A stretch of DNA of 64,000 nucleotides from Polymyxa betae A26-41 (Eukaryota > Protista > Endomyxa: Phytomyxea), in the NCBI GenBank assembly GCA_003693705.1, contig RBZT01000499.1, positions 186,001 to 250,000 on the forward strand, given 5' to 3'. Every line of letters starts with the position of its first letter. Position 1 is the stretch's first letter. The translations under genes were made by a program, and so were the position numbers. A model generated the notes under the pieces. That model was not told where the DNA came from. It saw nothing but the letters and a program-made list of their open reading frames with translations, and did no database searches. Positions 37,562 to 54,007 of the stretch are shown here, in pieces.

Positions 37562-40304
37562 CTAAGTACGATAGTTAGATTGATACAGTTCTATCTTTTA
37601 TTAAGGAATTGGTCATTTTTGTAACCGGTGTGAAGCTCTTTCCGAAAAGAAGCCATTGCATTCTTTGCTGCATTCTGTACAGCGCATTGTAAACAATCAC
37701 TAAATTCGCATGGGAAATAAGCTTCATCGTGAGGAGGTCTTATATCAGAAGGCGACAGTTGTGAGCTTAGTTTGAATATCTCTTTCTCAATGTCGTTTAA
37801 GAGACGGCTACGAACGTTATCACAAAATTTTGTGGCAGAGAGTGGCGAACGTTTCACAGGCGATAAATCAGATAGCGTTTTTTTTTCCAGCAATGGTTCT
37901 TTTAAACTTGACGACCTTTTTCTGGTCGAATCTGTTGTCAGTGGGTCTTCAGACGACTGCGAGGCCTCGATCTGGGAAAACGCCTTTGATTGACATTAAC
38001 AATGACGTCAAATAAACGGATGTTCAATTACATGCTCAGAATATTCTGCCGGCAGCTCTAGCAGTTCTAATAAATCCATGTCGGGTGTCGCTTTTAGCTT
38101 TGCAACCTTTTAAGCAGATTAGGCATTATGGTGTTGCACAAGAATACACTTAAACAGACCTGTTTACAAGAAGAGAAAGCATCCTCGATAATAACGATGA
38201 AAATGTTTAAGACAGCGTAAATAAATAGACATATAAATACATATAAATATACTCGGCTGATAATCGGGTAGAACTGGAACTCGCTTGTCATTGGAGATAT
38301 GAAGGATTAAGCAAGCTTTACCGGATAAAGTTCTTCGAATGTGGAATGAACAGCGTCTCCGTTAACTAGCGAGAACAATGTCACAGCAGTTGCATCAAAG
38401 GTTGCAAACTGATACAATATCTTAATGGTAAGTGTAGATACCAATCTACTTACATTAATCGAATGATCGCTAAATAGTTGAAGACCGAACAGGCAAAACC
38501 CTACAAAAATTATGGACGCACTTGAAGCGAATTTTAAAACCTAGAGGCGAATTATTATCAAAAAGAAGTCAGATTGAAAGATTGCAAACTCGTGGAATCC
38601 CGCGCTTTAATGTGAGAATCAGCACCTAGAACTCATTGTCAACACCAAAAAACGGACCAAACATCAGGCAGTACATAATATGATGAGCTGCGGAGCAGTT
38701 TAGCCATGATAAACAGGAGAAAATTGCACTTTATGAATACCTATGTTCAAAGTATTGGACAATGGTCGTCCAAGCAAGCATGGCACTGTGATGCAAATGG
38801 TCAAGAAATCTACAAAATCAAACAAAGCCACTAACCCTAAACCAGTCAACAGACGAGCAGCTGTTAAACTACCTGCAATTGTAACTCTGTCATGGATTTT
38901 AAAATTCTGTCCGTATGCATTGCATGTTCTTACTCGTTGTGTATACAGACTAGTGCTCCAATGAAATTGCAGACGTTAGAAATTGATGCATTGAAGAACC
39001 AGAAATTATAAAACTGAGATTGAACTACAATCAAAACCCCCCAACATTGAACGCCTGTTATCAAACCTTTCGTTTCTGAGAAAATGATAGTTGGCTCCAG
39101 CTAACAGCTCTGACATGAGTTGCGTTATATCCTGCACGAGCTATATCATATATTTTTCGAGCCCTCTGGAAATGACCAATAAGTCATAGCCGAATGCTAA
39201 AGAAATCCACTCAACTCTATACTCTCTAAATGATCTATACAGTGCTTTAAAGTGCAATATCTGGCTCAGACTGGCAACAGCCAGGATAGCTAAGCAAAGC
39301 AGCACATGACCTGCAATCGGCCGTTGAACCCAAAACTCTGTCCAGATGAAGGTTAATTCTTTTGACAATAATCGTGAAAATGCATACTTTCAATTTCTTT
39401 GTCACAGAACCGAGAAGCGATATCGATAGTCAACTCAGCTTTTCCGGGTTTGGAGAAATCGTACAAGCTCTATCAGCATTCAAAAAAAGAAATCTAGGCT
39501 GTAGCAATGATGTCGCTGACTTACATGCACTGACCATTGAAAGCACGTCCTTCCTGATTCTCGTAAATCGTAGCTCATAATATCAAAACTAAGCATGACT
39601 CGCTCGAATGATAATATTAAATTTCGAAGTGACGCTCGATCGACATTTAATGGTCCCAGGTCTGAGGCTGTAATAGAATATTGATGTTCCTCTAAGGTGC
39701 CGTCGTAGTCTGTCTTCGGATCGAAGATTTTTGACCCAGCAGCATAACTAGTGATGACCATTTTAATCGGAGCAATTTCGCCTGTATCCGTTCGTTCGTA
39801 TTCGAGCTGGTCCACAGAAGTGTTTTCTGTACGGTAATACTAAAAATATCCTTAGGTTTAGCAGTAATGCAGCTGACGTTGATATCTAACGGTTTCTGAA
39901 ATATGCTTAACGCTATCTATGAACGAATTTATGTCGTAGATCATATAAACAGGCTTGGTGCCCATATATTCCACCGAGGTGTTGCCCGAACTAGGCGAAA
40001 GCAACGCATTCCAATTCCTCAGCTGAGCTCGACTATGAGGTGCCAATATCTGTACAGCAGCGTATACCTAAGCAAATTTCAGCCTGGAGCGAACATGAAC
40101 CGATGGCCTCACTTGACCAGTAGCCAGGATAACCATAATTATGTTGATTATGAACTTCCAGGGAATTCGCCCATACTTTTTCCATTTCGAGAACGGAGAC
40201 AACCTAAGCGTGAAGTCAGTCATGCTAAGGCATAAACTCGGAAGATACCTGAGCGATTCCAGTGCCGGCATCGGCCTGCGAATAGGGCAGCATCTCCAGC
40301 TCAT
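37562..40304 (-). CDS. MCOLN: Mucolipin/TRPML-family cation channel, multi-exon
   Basis: LSPFSKWKKYGRIPWK N-terminus, pore TLFSLVNGDAVHSTF, S6 SRVYLYVFICLFIYAVLNIFIVIIEDAF. Confidence 0.85.
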
Positions 40305-40521
40305 CAGAATGAATTATATATTTTCACATTAACCAGAATGAAGCCCAGCAGCTAGACAGAGCCCGAGCAATGGACACCGGGTTGCGCCTTTTGAAGTGGC
40401 CTTCTGAGGGCTACGAGAAGGCCATGTTGATGTCGTAACAGTAGGAAACAGGACCTGTCTGCCATTTTGTACTGTGTTTGCCGGAGAGGGAATCCTTCTG
40501 CGCCAGCGGAGTATTGCTGTT

Positions 40522-42464
40522 ATGGCAGATCGGCTCGCTGGGGTTTACACGTTGCTGCAGCAAGCCGATGGCGTGCAGCGTCCAGATACCGATTTGTCAT
40601 GGATGTGGAGTGAGCCAGGCGCCGAACCTTTATTGGAATGGATTGTGAACAACGTCAATCCGAAATGTCTGTTGATGCGCGATGAGCTCAGCGAATACCA
40701 ACGCCTGGATTCATCAGGACGTATTGTGGATTCCACTATCAGCAAACAGCATGAGCGGTTGTTCAAAGGAGCCGATTGCGGGGCAATAAGGTTCAATTCA
40801 GAAAGGATTGCCAACGATGCAGCTATTCTCTCCCGTCAGCAGCGAATGTCTATGGGTCTGTTTTGGTGGTTTTTGGGAAGCATGTGCGATCTTATTTTCG
40901 TATTGCAGAAATTCTCTCTAGTGGGCGTTTGAAGCATGCTAAATTATCGTCCAAATTACATGTCGCTAAACAGCGCTGCGAACAAGCACAACGTCGCGTC
41001 GTAGATCAGCAGCTGCAACTGAATATAGCCTTTAACAATCTGTACGTCTTAAAGTATACTTTAGAATGTTTTCAGGCGCTTATTCAACAAATTAGGGTAT
41101 CTGCTATGAATTCTACCTCGGATGATATCCACAGCACCGAAGATTCGATTATTCAATATCAGCTAGATGGATATTTGGAAGCAGATAACTTATTCTTAAA
41201 CAACGTTAAAGATGCCTTCAATTCGTTGCGGTTAAGGCGACGTGAGATCGACGGAATGGTATTGCCACCGGAAAGCTCTCATCAAGAAAATGTTGAGGAG
41301 CTTGAAAGGATTAAGTCGATATATGCTATCAGCGAACTTCAACGAATTGATGCCGATATTCATTTATCCGAAATTGAGGCTGAAACAAATTCTGTGCTCA
41401 GCAAACCCTATGACGAAAAGGTTAGCCGGGAATTTGCATCCATGCTTGCGTCTAGTAATATCTTCTTCAGTCAGTCCAAAAGCTCTCTGACGATCTTCAG
41501 CAGCAGTTTGATGATTTGTATCGCGAAAAATTGCAATCTTTGTTACAGCGGCTCGCGAAATATCAAAAAACGACGGTACTTCGTGGAGATTATTTACTAA
41601 AAGTAGCAAGGCAAAAGGACTATCTCAAAGCCCAGAACCAGATTCTTTTTGAGTTGATTCATCAGCGGGCAAGACATTCTTTGCTTAATAGCGCCCTTAC
41701 ACAGGCTCTTTTAGACCAGGAAAAGTTCCTTGAGCTGGTCAACTTTATACAATTGCTCCTGGACAACATTGAAGCCGAGATCGAGAAGTCAAAGCTTGTT
41801 GTAATAATGGCAATATGTGACTTTGTGTTCAAGGAATGAAATTGCTCAGGTCACTGGTCAAGTATCGACTGAAGATCGAAAAGCTCTTCATGATTCAGAT
41901 CAAGCTGGATTAGCTGTAGAAACGGCATTATGTGTGGCTACAGACGAAAAACCTTCTTCGTTGCTGGTCACTTACGATCGCATTGCCAAAACAGCAAGAA
42001 TCTTGATCAGCAATGTTAATGCCTTGAAATCAGATCATGAGCGATTTGAATCTGAGCACAGCCGCATCCTTTCAGAGCTGTTTGTAGTCCTTCTAATTTT
42101 GTTCATTCAATTGATTGCTTATCAGTGTAAGTGACGCGAATCAACTATTTGGTCTTCTAACGATATCGTCCACTACCTGTCAGCCTTCGCTTTCTTACCA
42201 GCCGTTGGTGAAACTTGCCTCCAGTGTGCAGCAGCTTATGGAACATCTGAAAGATAAGATTGCTGTTTTGCAAGTTGAGGAATCTAGCAAGCGCAAGGTA
42301 TTCTTTTCATGAACTCGGTTTTCTGTTACTCATTATGTTTGCAGACATTATTAGACGATGACGATTTGCAATTTGAAAGAGATATATTTATCAATTTTTT
42401 CAAGAATCCGGCCATTCTTGACGAAGACGTTCGGAGGTTATGCTTGAAGATTAAATCATTATAG
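40522..42464 (+). CDS. HAUS3: Augmin/HAUS complex subunit 3
   Basis: LSWMW...LLEWIVNNVNPKCLL...ELSEY; VLRGDYLLKVARQKDY...LIHQRARH; C-terminal IFINFFKNP. Confidence 0.8.
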
Positions 42465-42477
42465 ACCCGTTTCACTA

Positions 42478-44044
42478 TCACTGTCCTTCTCGGATTATCT
42501 TCCAGACTGCATCATTTTTCTGACAGCATTCCCGGCACAATCGATGCTCGCCGTCGTCTTCAGGATTGAGGCATGGTAAATAGGAGCTGATAGGGCGAAA
42601 TTGATTGCAACACTTTACACAGAAAATTTCTCCACAAATTCGACAGTGATGGCGCCGATTCCATAATGAGAATGCAATCTTGCAGGCTTTGCATTCCTTT
42701 CGTTCTGCGTCTATTACCCATGCAGGAGCAACGCTGGACGTAAACCCTACCAAAACTCTGGCGTTTGCCCATTTGTGAACTATCAATCGCTCTTCTTCTG
42801 ATAATGACTTAGCAGGTAGTCTTCGTTGCAAGCAAATTGTAAGAAAAATATTCCTGGTCCAAGCTTTGAATACTGGAGTCAGGCTGTCGATGCTTGTGAA
42901 TTCGAAAGATCCTGATAGTGCAATCATACAGCCTGGTAATCCTTCGAAAGACATCGCCGAGCTCGCTGCTGGGCTTGACAAACATATAATCCGCTTCGCC
43001 TGGTATTTGCTCAGACTACAATCTCCAAACTGAATAGAGCGGAATTCTGTCGTATTGAAAGCAACACCTGCAACTCCTAGATCATCTCGAAACGTCGTTA
43101 CCGATACGACATATTCGAATCTCCTTAGCTGTACGGCTCCCACGATGGACCCAGGGAGGATATGGCCGCAAAGCCGCCCAGCCAACGTCGTCGAATTACG
43201 TTCGTAAAACAACTGGATAGCGACCAGTCGTGATGTCTCTGGATTGGAATAGGTTCGGATTTCTCTGATCTCGGTGTCGGAGAGGTCTAGATCGATGCTG
43301 TCGTTGAAACAAACGGAATCATGTTTGATAGCTGAAAGCTGAAAGTTGGCGATTTTCTTATCAGAATCCACCGATGATGATGGAACTGCACTCAGTGATG
43401 GTGATTTAGTTTTGTCCCTGCGAACTCTCATTTCGGCTAACAATTGTTGTCGTCGTTCACGTAAATCTCCGGCGGCAAGATGTAACTTCGGGATCGCTTT
43501 GATGGCGTTGAACCGATTCGGTCGCTTCAGGTCCTGGAGTGCTTCTTCTGAGATGGCTGGCTCCTGGGAAAAAGTTCTAGAATCGACCACCTAGTTTGAA
43601 AGTATTGGCATTTACCTTATCAGAACCGTCCTTGGGATTGTCATCGAGATGGACAACGCTACTGGCGCTGTCGCTGTCGGAATCGATAGCGTTTTCCTGT
43701 TTTTGCTCGTGACCGCTGACATTCGTATCGCCTCTATCCACATCCTTGTTGTCAGCCTTTGCAAAATGGTGATCCAGCGTTTCCAAAGAAATTGATGACA
43801 TTTGGGTATCATCCTTGTCGAGACCATTCATGCATTCAAAATCCAACTCGACCTTGTCCTGATCTTCGACGTATTCAAGATCATGACTCGTCTGTTTCTC
43901 TTCAACCGCCATGAATTCGGACCCATTATTGATGGTCGTGGTCGGGCCAAATTTTACGCCTTGAGATGACGGTCTGTGTTTCAGAGCATTGGATTTCAAT
44001 ATTGATTTAGGCGGCTTGCCGTCAGTGACATTCTCTGTCTGCAT
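42478..44044 (-). CDS. FYVE-finger protein with a central jacalin-like beta-prism segment
   Basis: WVID...CKACKIAFSLWNRRHHCRICGEIFCVKC...RLCREC is a canonical FYVE; a 52-nt intron joins ORFs 43577-44044 and 42478-43590; the jacalin-like call is inferred. Confidence 0.8.
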
Positions 44045-44246
44045 CGCACGATAATCCTAGATTATCTGAAGGCACACGCCCTCTGGGAGGCATTCCTCAT
44101 TGTTGACGGTTTCCGGCCCCAAATCACTCAAACTGTTCCGGTTGTATAAACGTATTGAGGTTTAAACAATTGTTCTGTATTGCAATAAATAGTTACTGTT
44201 ACAATATTAAAGCGAAAGCGAATTAGGTATGAGAGATAGAATGGAA

Positions 44247-44675
44247 TTAAGCCTCCTTCTTTTCCTTCTTCTGTGAGGGGGGCTGTTGAGAAGCAGATTC
44301 GGCTTTCTTCTTAGGCAGCAAAACAGAGTGGATGTTAGGCAGAACACCGCCCTGGGCGATGGTGACATCGTGCAGCAGCTTGTTCAACTCTTCATCATTT
44401 CGGATGGCCAGCTGAATGTGTCGAGGAATGATACGGGTCTTCTTGTTATCACGAGCGGCGTTGCCGGCCAATTCAAGAATTTCAGCGGCTAGATATTCGA
44501 GAACAGCAGCTAGATAGACCGGCGCACCACCACCAACACGAGCAGCGTAACGTCCTTCACGAAGGAAACGGTTGATACGACCGACGGGAAATTGCAGACC
44601 AGCACGAGACGAACGGGTTTGCGACTTGCCACCCTTGGCTTTACCGCGACCAGCGCCCTTTCCTTTTCCAGACAT
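44247..44675 (-). CDS. H2A: Histone H2A (canonical-type, intronless)
   Basis: [14 protein letters not shown]...[31 protein letters not shown]...[20 protein letters not shown]. Confidence 0.98.
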   Translation of the reverse strand: MSGKGKGAGRGKAKGGKSQTRSSRAGLQFPVGRINRFLREGRYAARVGGGAPVYLAAVLEYLAAEILELAGNAARDNKKTRIIPRHIQLAIRNDEELNKLLHDVTIAQGGVLPNIHSVLLPKKKAESASQQPPSQKKEKKEA

Positions 44676-45253
44676 GTTGATGGATGCAAGTTAAAATTGG
44701 GAGATGCTTGAAGAAGACGTTCAATTGCACAATGATTCTAACCGGGTGGATGGTTTGGGGTTAAACACGTCTTCCTGGGATTCTTGTTACGGGAAGATGG
44801 AGACATGGAGCCATGGCGCCAAAGGCGAGAAAACCGGCCCCGGAGCGCAACGCGATCTGATTGGTGGAATCCCCCGCCGAACAAACAGTCACAGGTTCCG
44901 GGGTCGGGGCGGGCCCATCTTGGGGTGGACCCACCGCACGTCATCTTCGTCTATCATCCGATTCTTTTCCTTCGGTTTCGCCAATGGCAGGTTGAAGTGT
45001 TTATCTATCAGTGCTAGACTGCCACTTTTACTGTAATGTATCAGCGTGTTATGTTGGAGCAAGCTGCAATAGTATTTAACTGAAGTCTTTCCGATGACAA
45101 TGACTTCCAAAGATGCATTATCGGATTGGTGAATCAACAACAACCGTTACAATGCTTGTCAGCGGTTCGAAAGTGATGTTTATAATAAAGAGTAATTCTC
45201 AGTTATGGGAAGGATCTGCTTAGTACGCTCTACTGACCTTATTTCTTTTGAAG

Positions 45254-46441
45254 ATGATCGAGCTCAAAGAGTTTCGATTCACTTGCGTCAACTTAGATGA
45301 TACGTTCACGTTTTACACCAATTGCTTGCTCATGGTACTGCATAAAAAGTCGGAATCTATCGGGAAGCAATTCATCCTATTTCGTTATCAACGAAGCGAC
45401 GCTTTCCTAAGGTTTGAATATAGACAGTCAGTCCGAAGAGCGGCCAATGGAGATGCAGCCGAATCTGAATTCCCGACTGTCTATCGACGTCCTATAACGT
45501 CAACTGATCTACTTCTCTATGTCATGAGCATTGAAAAAATCCTCCAGCGTGTTCGCGCTCACAATTACGTCGTATTTGTTGAACCGGTCAAGATCAGCGA
45601 GGAGATTCGAGCGTGCGTTCTTGTCGACCCAAATGGAATTCGAATTCGCTTGATTGAAAGCGTACATTGCATGGTCGATGCTGCATTTGAAGCCAGAATC
45701 GGATATGTATCGGTTCCAGTACGAGAGTTCACTGGCCTGTCTCGTTCAATAGCTTTTTATCAACAAGTCAGTTTTATTTCTGAAGATGGTCTTTGGAACT
45801 AAAAACGCTCTTCAGGTGTTCGGGGCCGCAGCAGAGATGGGCGCTCCTCAGGGATTCCGGACTGGACGACAAATTGCTTCTGTGAACCATTCAAGAAATG
45901 GCAGTGCTAGCGGGAAAGCTCCAGGGTTCTCTAAGAAGGGAAAATTATCATTAGGACACGACTTCGGGTCGAATTTCACCATACGTGACACAGAGTCATT
46001 CCCAGAGGACATGTTAACGATGGTTTGGTTAGGAAATGGACCTCGGGCCACACATTCGACACTATGCCTTCGACATTCAATGGGTAATAGCGACATTGTG
46101 CTCATTTGAAGTGATAATAACTATGGTCGGATGCAGACAGGCAATTATCCACTTCTGTATCAAAGGCGTTTTCAAAGGATAATGAAACTCAGGAACGTTT
46201 TCTGGGTTTGGTTTTCGTCGTAACCGACCTGGAAAGATGTCAGCAGCACCTTAGCACGCAAGACGCTTTCCCAGTACAGCTATCCCCGGTAACGACGGTC
46301 ATCGGCATGTCCTCCTGGTTCAGCTTCTTCGACCCTGCATTCATAAACGTGGAGATTCGCGAGGAAGCGCCCAACAACGCTCGTCATCGGTCGCGTCTGA
46401 CCCGACAATCGACGCAGCTCTTCAATCCATCATTGGCATAA
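45254..46441 (+). CDS. Glyoxalase/VOC-fold protein, multi-exon
   Basis: Repeated beta-alpha-beta-beta-beta motifs: CVNLDDTFTFYTNCL, VLVDPNGIRIRLIE, LSRSIAFYQQVFG, FFDPAFINVEI. Confidence 0.6.
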
Positions 46442-46781
46442 TTGATACGTAGTTGTTATAAATGAATGTGAGAAGGGACAGAGTACTCTGATTTCCATCC
46501 TGTTACCTACTCGAAGTGACGCTGTTTCTCGTCACGTCGCTTTCTCTGTTTCCTGTGAAATGTTAGTGCGATCACATCTGCTTAACTGTACAAGGTTCTC
46601 CATATAATCGCATCAGTGTACCATAACACGACGCGAGAATGTAGTACCTGGGAGGTTGCAGATTGCGCGTCAACGCAGCGCAAGGATTCTCCCCACATCT
46701 GCTATTGTGGTGATCCTTTGCTGTTGGGGCTGTTGGGGCACCTAATTCTGTTACCAAGCAGTAGCTGATCTGCAGCCACCA

Positions 46782-48542
46782 ATGAACTATAGCAATGACT
46801 CTCGAGATAGCATTGTCAATGCTCTTTATGACATCGGGGCATTTCGGTTCGATGGTCCATTCATATTGAAAAGCGGCATCACGTCGCCATTCTATGTCGA
46901 TTTGCGGATTCTGGTCTCAAAGCCAGATTTACTAGCGCAAATCGCGTCGGCGATGGTGAAGTCTGTCGCTTCAACCGAATATGACGTCGTCTGTGGAGTT
47001 CCTTATACAGCTCTACCAATTGCTACCGCAATATCGCTACAATGTGGAGTTCCAATGGTTGTTCGACGAAAAGAAGGAGCTAAGAGCTATGGTACCAAGA
47101 AACTAATCGAAGGAATTATCGTCAAAGGCCACAAGTGCCTTATTGTTGAGGTTTGCTTTAAAAGCTGATTCTTGAATCACTGCCAAGTGTTTCTAGGATC
47201 TGGTGACCAGTGGACTTAGCGTTTTTGAGACAATTGAGCCGATTCAAGAGCATGGAATGTGTGTTCAAGATGTCGTTGTCATTCTAGACCGGGAGCAAGG
47301 CGGGCGGGCTAATATCGAGAAGCGAGGCATTCGCCTTCATTCTGTGATGACGATCTCACAAGTCTTGGACACTCTGCTCGCGAACGGAAAAATTTCTCCT
47401 GACCAATGCGAACAAAGTCGAGCATTCATCGCATCGAATCAAGTCCAAATTGCTGAGCCCGGGGCTTCCAAACCTTTTCTGCTAGCCGTACCTTATGAGT
47501 CCAAGGCAAAATCTGCAAAGAATCCTAAATTACGAACGCTTCTTGAGTTGATGCTGAACAAACAGTCGAATCTGTGTTTAAGCGCTGACGTCACAAGTTG
47601 CGAAGAATTGTTGAAACTTGCAGACAAACTGGGACCTTACATATGCATGCTCAAAACGCATATTGATATTTTGGACTTCACACCCGAGTTGCTTTCTGAT
47701 TTGAAACTTTTAGCTCAAAGGCACCAGTTCATGATTTGGGAAGATCGTAAATTTGCTGATATTGGTAGTACGGTTCTTCATCAGGTCAGGTCCCGATTGA
47801 TTTGTTATTTGACTTCTAAAGCTCCATAGTTTACCAGTGGTATCTTCAAAATTGCAGAATGGGCAGATTTTGTTAGCATCCATTCCATTAGTGGTTTGTT
47901 GAAAAAGATATCATACTTTCATGAAACTAAGGGATGATTAGGTCCAGGCATAATTGACGCCTTAAAGAAAGGCGCACAAGAATCACAGGGGCGATGTCAA
48001 GGTGTCTTCATGCTTGCAGAAATGAGCTCTGAGGGGAACCTCATGAATGAAGCCTATTCACAAGCAACCGTCTCCATGTCTGAAAAACACCACGATTTTA
48101 TATGCGGGTATATAGCCCAAAAATGTCAGCTTCCTACTGAGATGGTTATTCATTCCTGCTGAAAGATGAATAGGTGTGAGCAATGCTCCCGGAATTGTAC
48201 ATATTGTCCCAGGAGTTCAGCTTCAAGCGGGCGGCGATGCATTAGGCCAACGATATCGCACGCCGGATGATGTCGTTGGCAGCAAAGGAGCCGATATCAT
48301 CGTTGTCGGTAAGGCAATCTGAAGTTTTTCAAACCCGAGAATTGATTTTATGTACAGGCAGAGGTATAATTGCAGCTAAGGACAAAATTCAGACCTGTAT
48401 AGAATATCGGGATGCGGGATGGTTAGAGTTTTTTGCAATTAAGTTTTCTCTGTATTTCTAATATTTCACTTTACCTCTATATATTCTACCAGAACTAAAG
48501 CGTTTGCTCAGGACCGCCTACCAGAAACGGGTCCAGATGTAA
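46782..48542 (+). CDS. UMPS: Bifunctional UMP synthase (OPRT + OMP decarboxylase)
   Basis: [33 protein letters not shown]; [32 protein letters not shown]. Confidence 0.95.
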
Positions 48543-48576
48543 AAATGTTTATCAATGTGCAATTTTTGACTTTATC

Positions 48577-49360
48577 TCACATAAAGGAATCTTCGTAATC
48601 TTCAACACTCATGTTGATATCGCGGTTCATCTGCATATTCTGAGGGTCGAAAACACGATCGTAGCTGTTTCTTTCCTTTTCAGCTTCACGTTCCGCCTTG
48701 GCTTTTTTAGCTTCAAGCTCAGCTTTTCTGGCAACAACTCTTCTCTGATCATTTTCGACTTTATCTCTGTCTACTCTCAATTGCCTAAAATCAACGTTTT
48801 CCTCTTCGCGCATAGTCTTTTTTAATCTGCCAAGAATGATAAGATCCCTCTGGACCAAAATATATTTTCGCTGCAATTGTGTTAGACAATTCAAAAGTAA
48901 CGCGATTAGTCCCATACGAGCTTTTCTTTGTGGAATCCAACTTGCCCAACGTCCATAGACCCGTTCTTGCTCAAATTGGACCAGGGTGTATAAACCACCT
49001 TGATCTGCTTCAGTTTTTTGCCTAATCCTGTTGTCAGGGGAGGCTTGGATGATAACGAACAAAATCGACCTTTAATCGAATTTTCCTTCGTAAGCTGAGC
49101 GCAATCATCGAGAACTTGTTGGGGAATGTCATCGAAAGAATATCCCTGAGGTAGACGAACATAAACATGAGCCGACGACAAATTATCAGCATGAAACCAG
49201 ACATCCTCTGGCCATCCTAGAAACGATTCGATCATTGCATGGAACTCAACTTGTCGAGCATAATACCATGTTCGATCAGTAACTCGTTTTCGAATTTATC
49301 CTTACCCATATAAAAGGTGAATTCGACACCATCGCATAGAGATGTGAAGTAATATACCAT
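48577..49360 (-). CDS. CCDC25: CCDC25/Jlp2 NFACT-R domain protein
   Basis: MVYYFTS...[44 protein letters not shown]-terminal EDSFM. Confidence 0.9.
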
Positions 49361-49554
49361 TGGGCCAGTATGAGAAGGAGAAGGGAATCGGAACTTCCGA
49401 AATGCGTCATTTATCCGAAAGCAGGCATAAAAATCTTTCAGGCTGTACAATCCATGACTGCAGGTGCAAATGAAGCAACTGGTGTACTCGAGCAAAATGA
49501 CTTTACTTTATTCGTGTGACCTGCATGCCATGTCCATGACATTCTTAATTCATC

Positions 49555-50559
49555 ATGGCTTCCATAAGAAGCTCGTTATGGTCCATCATTGGGCTAACAT
49601 CGACATCGTCACCGGTTTCGGCTGACAAGTGCTTACCTATAGATCTTTTGGCGAATCTTGAGAGCGCCAAATCATTGTCAAGTGAGATTGGCGTCGCTGA
49701 ACGTAATCTTACAGACTTCAAAGACAAGATGAAAGAATTTAGTTCGGCGTCGACCTTGACAATCAATGACTTAGCTCAACTGTCTTCCTATTCTATCATT
49801 CCCAACCATAGATTCGGGGAAACTTTGATAGCAAAGGCGGCTGAACTCAATCAGCAAACATCAACAACCCTTCAAAACGAACTAACAAATCGAGTTTTAG
49901 AACCGCTAGCAAAATGGCGCATTACCATCGATGAGTTGATCGTTCGCCTCGAAGAACAACGCCGAATGCATCATCAGCAAGAATTGTTACGAGATCACAT
50001 TCGTGCAAGAGAAGAAGGGCGCGTACGACAAATGAAAACCGGAAGATGGAGCGCTAAGGATGGAGCTGATTTGAAAAGAGCCCACGACGCTTTAGTATCG
50101 TGGAAGCTAAAAACCGAGGCTGTCGATTCAGTGGTTGCAGAGAGCGTCCAACGTGACCTGATTGAAGCCAGGAAACAAAACGGTCTCGATTTACTGAAAG
50201 CATTTGATGCGATCGACAAACAATTCTGGAGTCTTGGTAATCAGGTGTGCAAGCTTAGAGGCGAACTGATTGAAGCGCTAACATCATGCTCTGGTGAGCC
50301 TCCGGCAACAACCAAAAAGAAGAAAAAGAAGTCCAAGAAACATATCGAGAGCATCAAAGGTGAAACCCCTGAAGATAAGAATGTGTCTGTGGCCAACGAC
50401 ATTCCCGATATCCTATCGTCTTTCGAGTGCCTACGTTATGATCCGGATCCGTTCTCGCCAATCGAGGATGATACCCTGACTGTTTTAAAGAATGCTGAAT
50501 CACCTGCAAGCCCTGGCGATCCATTCCAAAATCTGTCGGTTTTTTCAATGAGTAAATAA
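49555..50559 (+). CDS. Helical coiled-coil protein, BAR-domain-like (intronless)
   Basis: 334-aa ORF with three long helices (LTNRVLEPLAKW...) and a Lys-rich/disordered tail. Confidence 0.5.
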   Translation: MASIRSSLWSIIGLTSTSSPVSADKCLPIDLLANLESAKSLSSEIGVAERNLTDFKDKMKEFSSASTLTINDLAQLSSYSIIPNHRFGETLIAKAAELNQQTSTTLQNELTNRVLEPLAKWRITIDELIVRLEEQRRMHHQQELLRDHIRAREEGRVRQMKTGRWSAKDGADLKRAHDALVSWKLKTEAVDSVVAESVQRDLIEARKQNGLDLLKAFDAIDKQFWSLGNQVCKLRGELIEALTSCSGEPPATTKKKKKKSKKHIESIKGETPEDKNVSVANDIPDILSSFECLRYDPDPFSPIEDDTLTVLKNAESPASPGDPFQNLSVFSMSK

Positions 50560-50956
50560 ACAGAATGAGAACGGACTACTGCAATTGTAATTGTTACAAC
50601 TTAATACTGTAGATGGGGCCATGGGGTGGGTAGGAGGGCCCCATGACAGAGTCCAAGAACAATTATGATATGAGCTCTCTTGGATATTCATACTGAATTA
50701 GAGTTTGATCATGGACGAAGAGCGGCATGACGCTGAATAAGTGCTTCGTCGACACAGCATCTATTATCTACAAAAGCGTTCAAAGGTCACGTTGCATTAG
50801 AGCCGGTCATGAGTAGCAGCGTCCAGGAGGGAGGAATATCGGGTCTCCGCTTAACGATTTGTTATATTGATGATCGATACAGGTACTCCCTTGGTAATAT
50901 ATTGTATTCATCTAGTATAGAGCGGCCTGCATCGTTCCTGACTATCTTAATTTTGA

Positions 50957-53427
<2,471 letters not shown>

Positions 53428-54007
53428 TAACCTGTAGTCATATTTAGAAGGGGCCCTTCAACATCAACTGTATACTTACATTACGCCCGTCGTCACAAAT
53501 CTCAAAAACATGCGGAAGATCGCGTCGGGATGATCTCCACACAGACGCGGCAAACGCAGTGTGAATAATTGCCGGCCAACTGTCAGGAGGAACCCTATTG
53601 CTTTGCATGACTCTTCCAGGGCCAGAGATCCGTCGTCAGAGAGCGATATTCGTAGCCCGGATCGGGATGATGGGAAGCCATGTTCATGGAAGGGCTCCTG
53701 GTAATCAGCCGTCCGATCGGGACGTGACAAAGTGCGCTATTTTCGGCGCTGACTGCCAAAGGGACTACTGCAGTATCCCTTTTTCCGGAGCTTCCCACTG
53801 ACTCGTTCCTTGTTGGTATCCACTGTGCCACGTCAACCTCCCATTTGTCATTGTCAACACGCAGGTGGAAGGTTTGGAATCCAATCCAAACGCCATTCGT
53901 GTTTGTGTCCAGGCGCCCACAGCGTCCCATAGTAGATGGTCCCCTTGTTGATATCTTGCGTGTCAGTTGGTTGCCGTCTGACAGTGCTTGTGTCCACTCT
54001 ATTCACT

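Noticed and set aside
44247-44300. SQ motifs in the H2A tail suggesting H2A.X
   Set aside because: No terminal SQ(E/D)-hydrophobic motif
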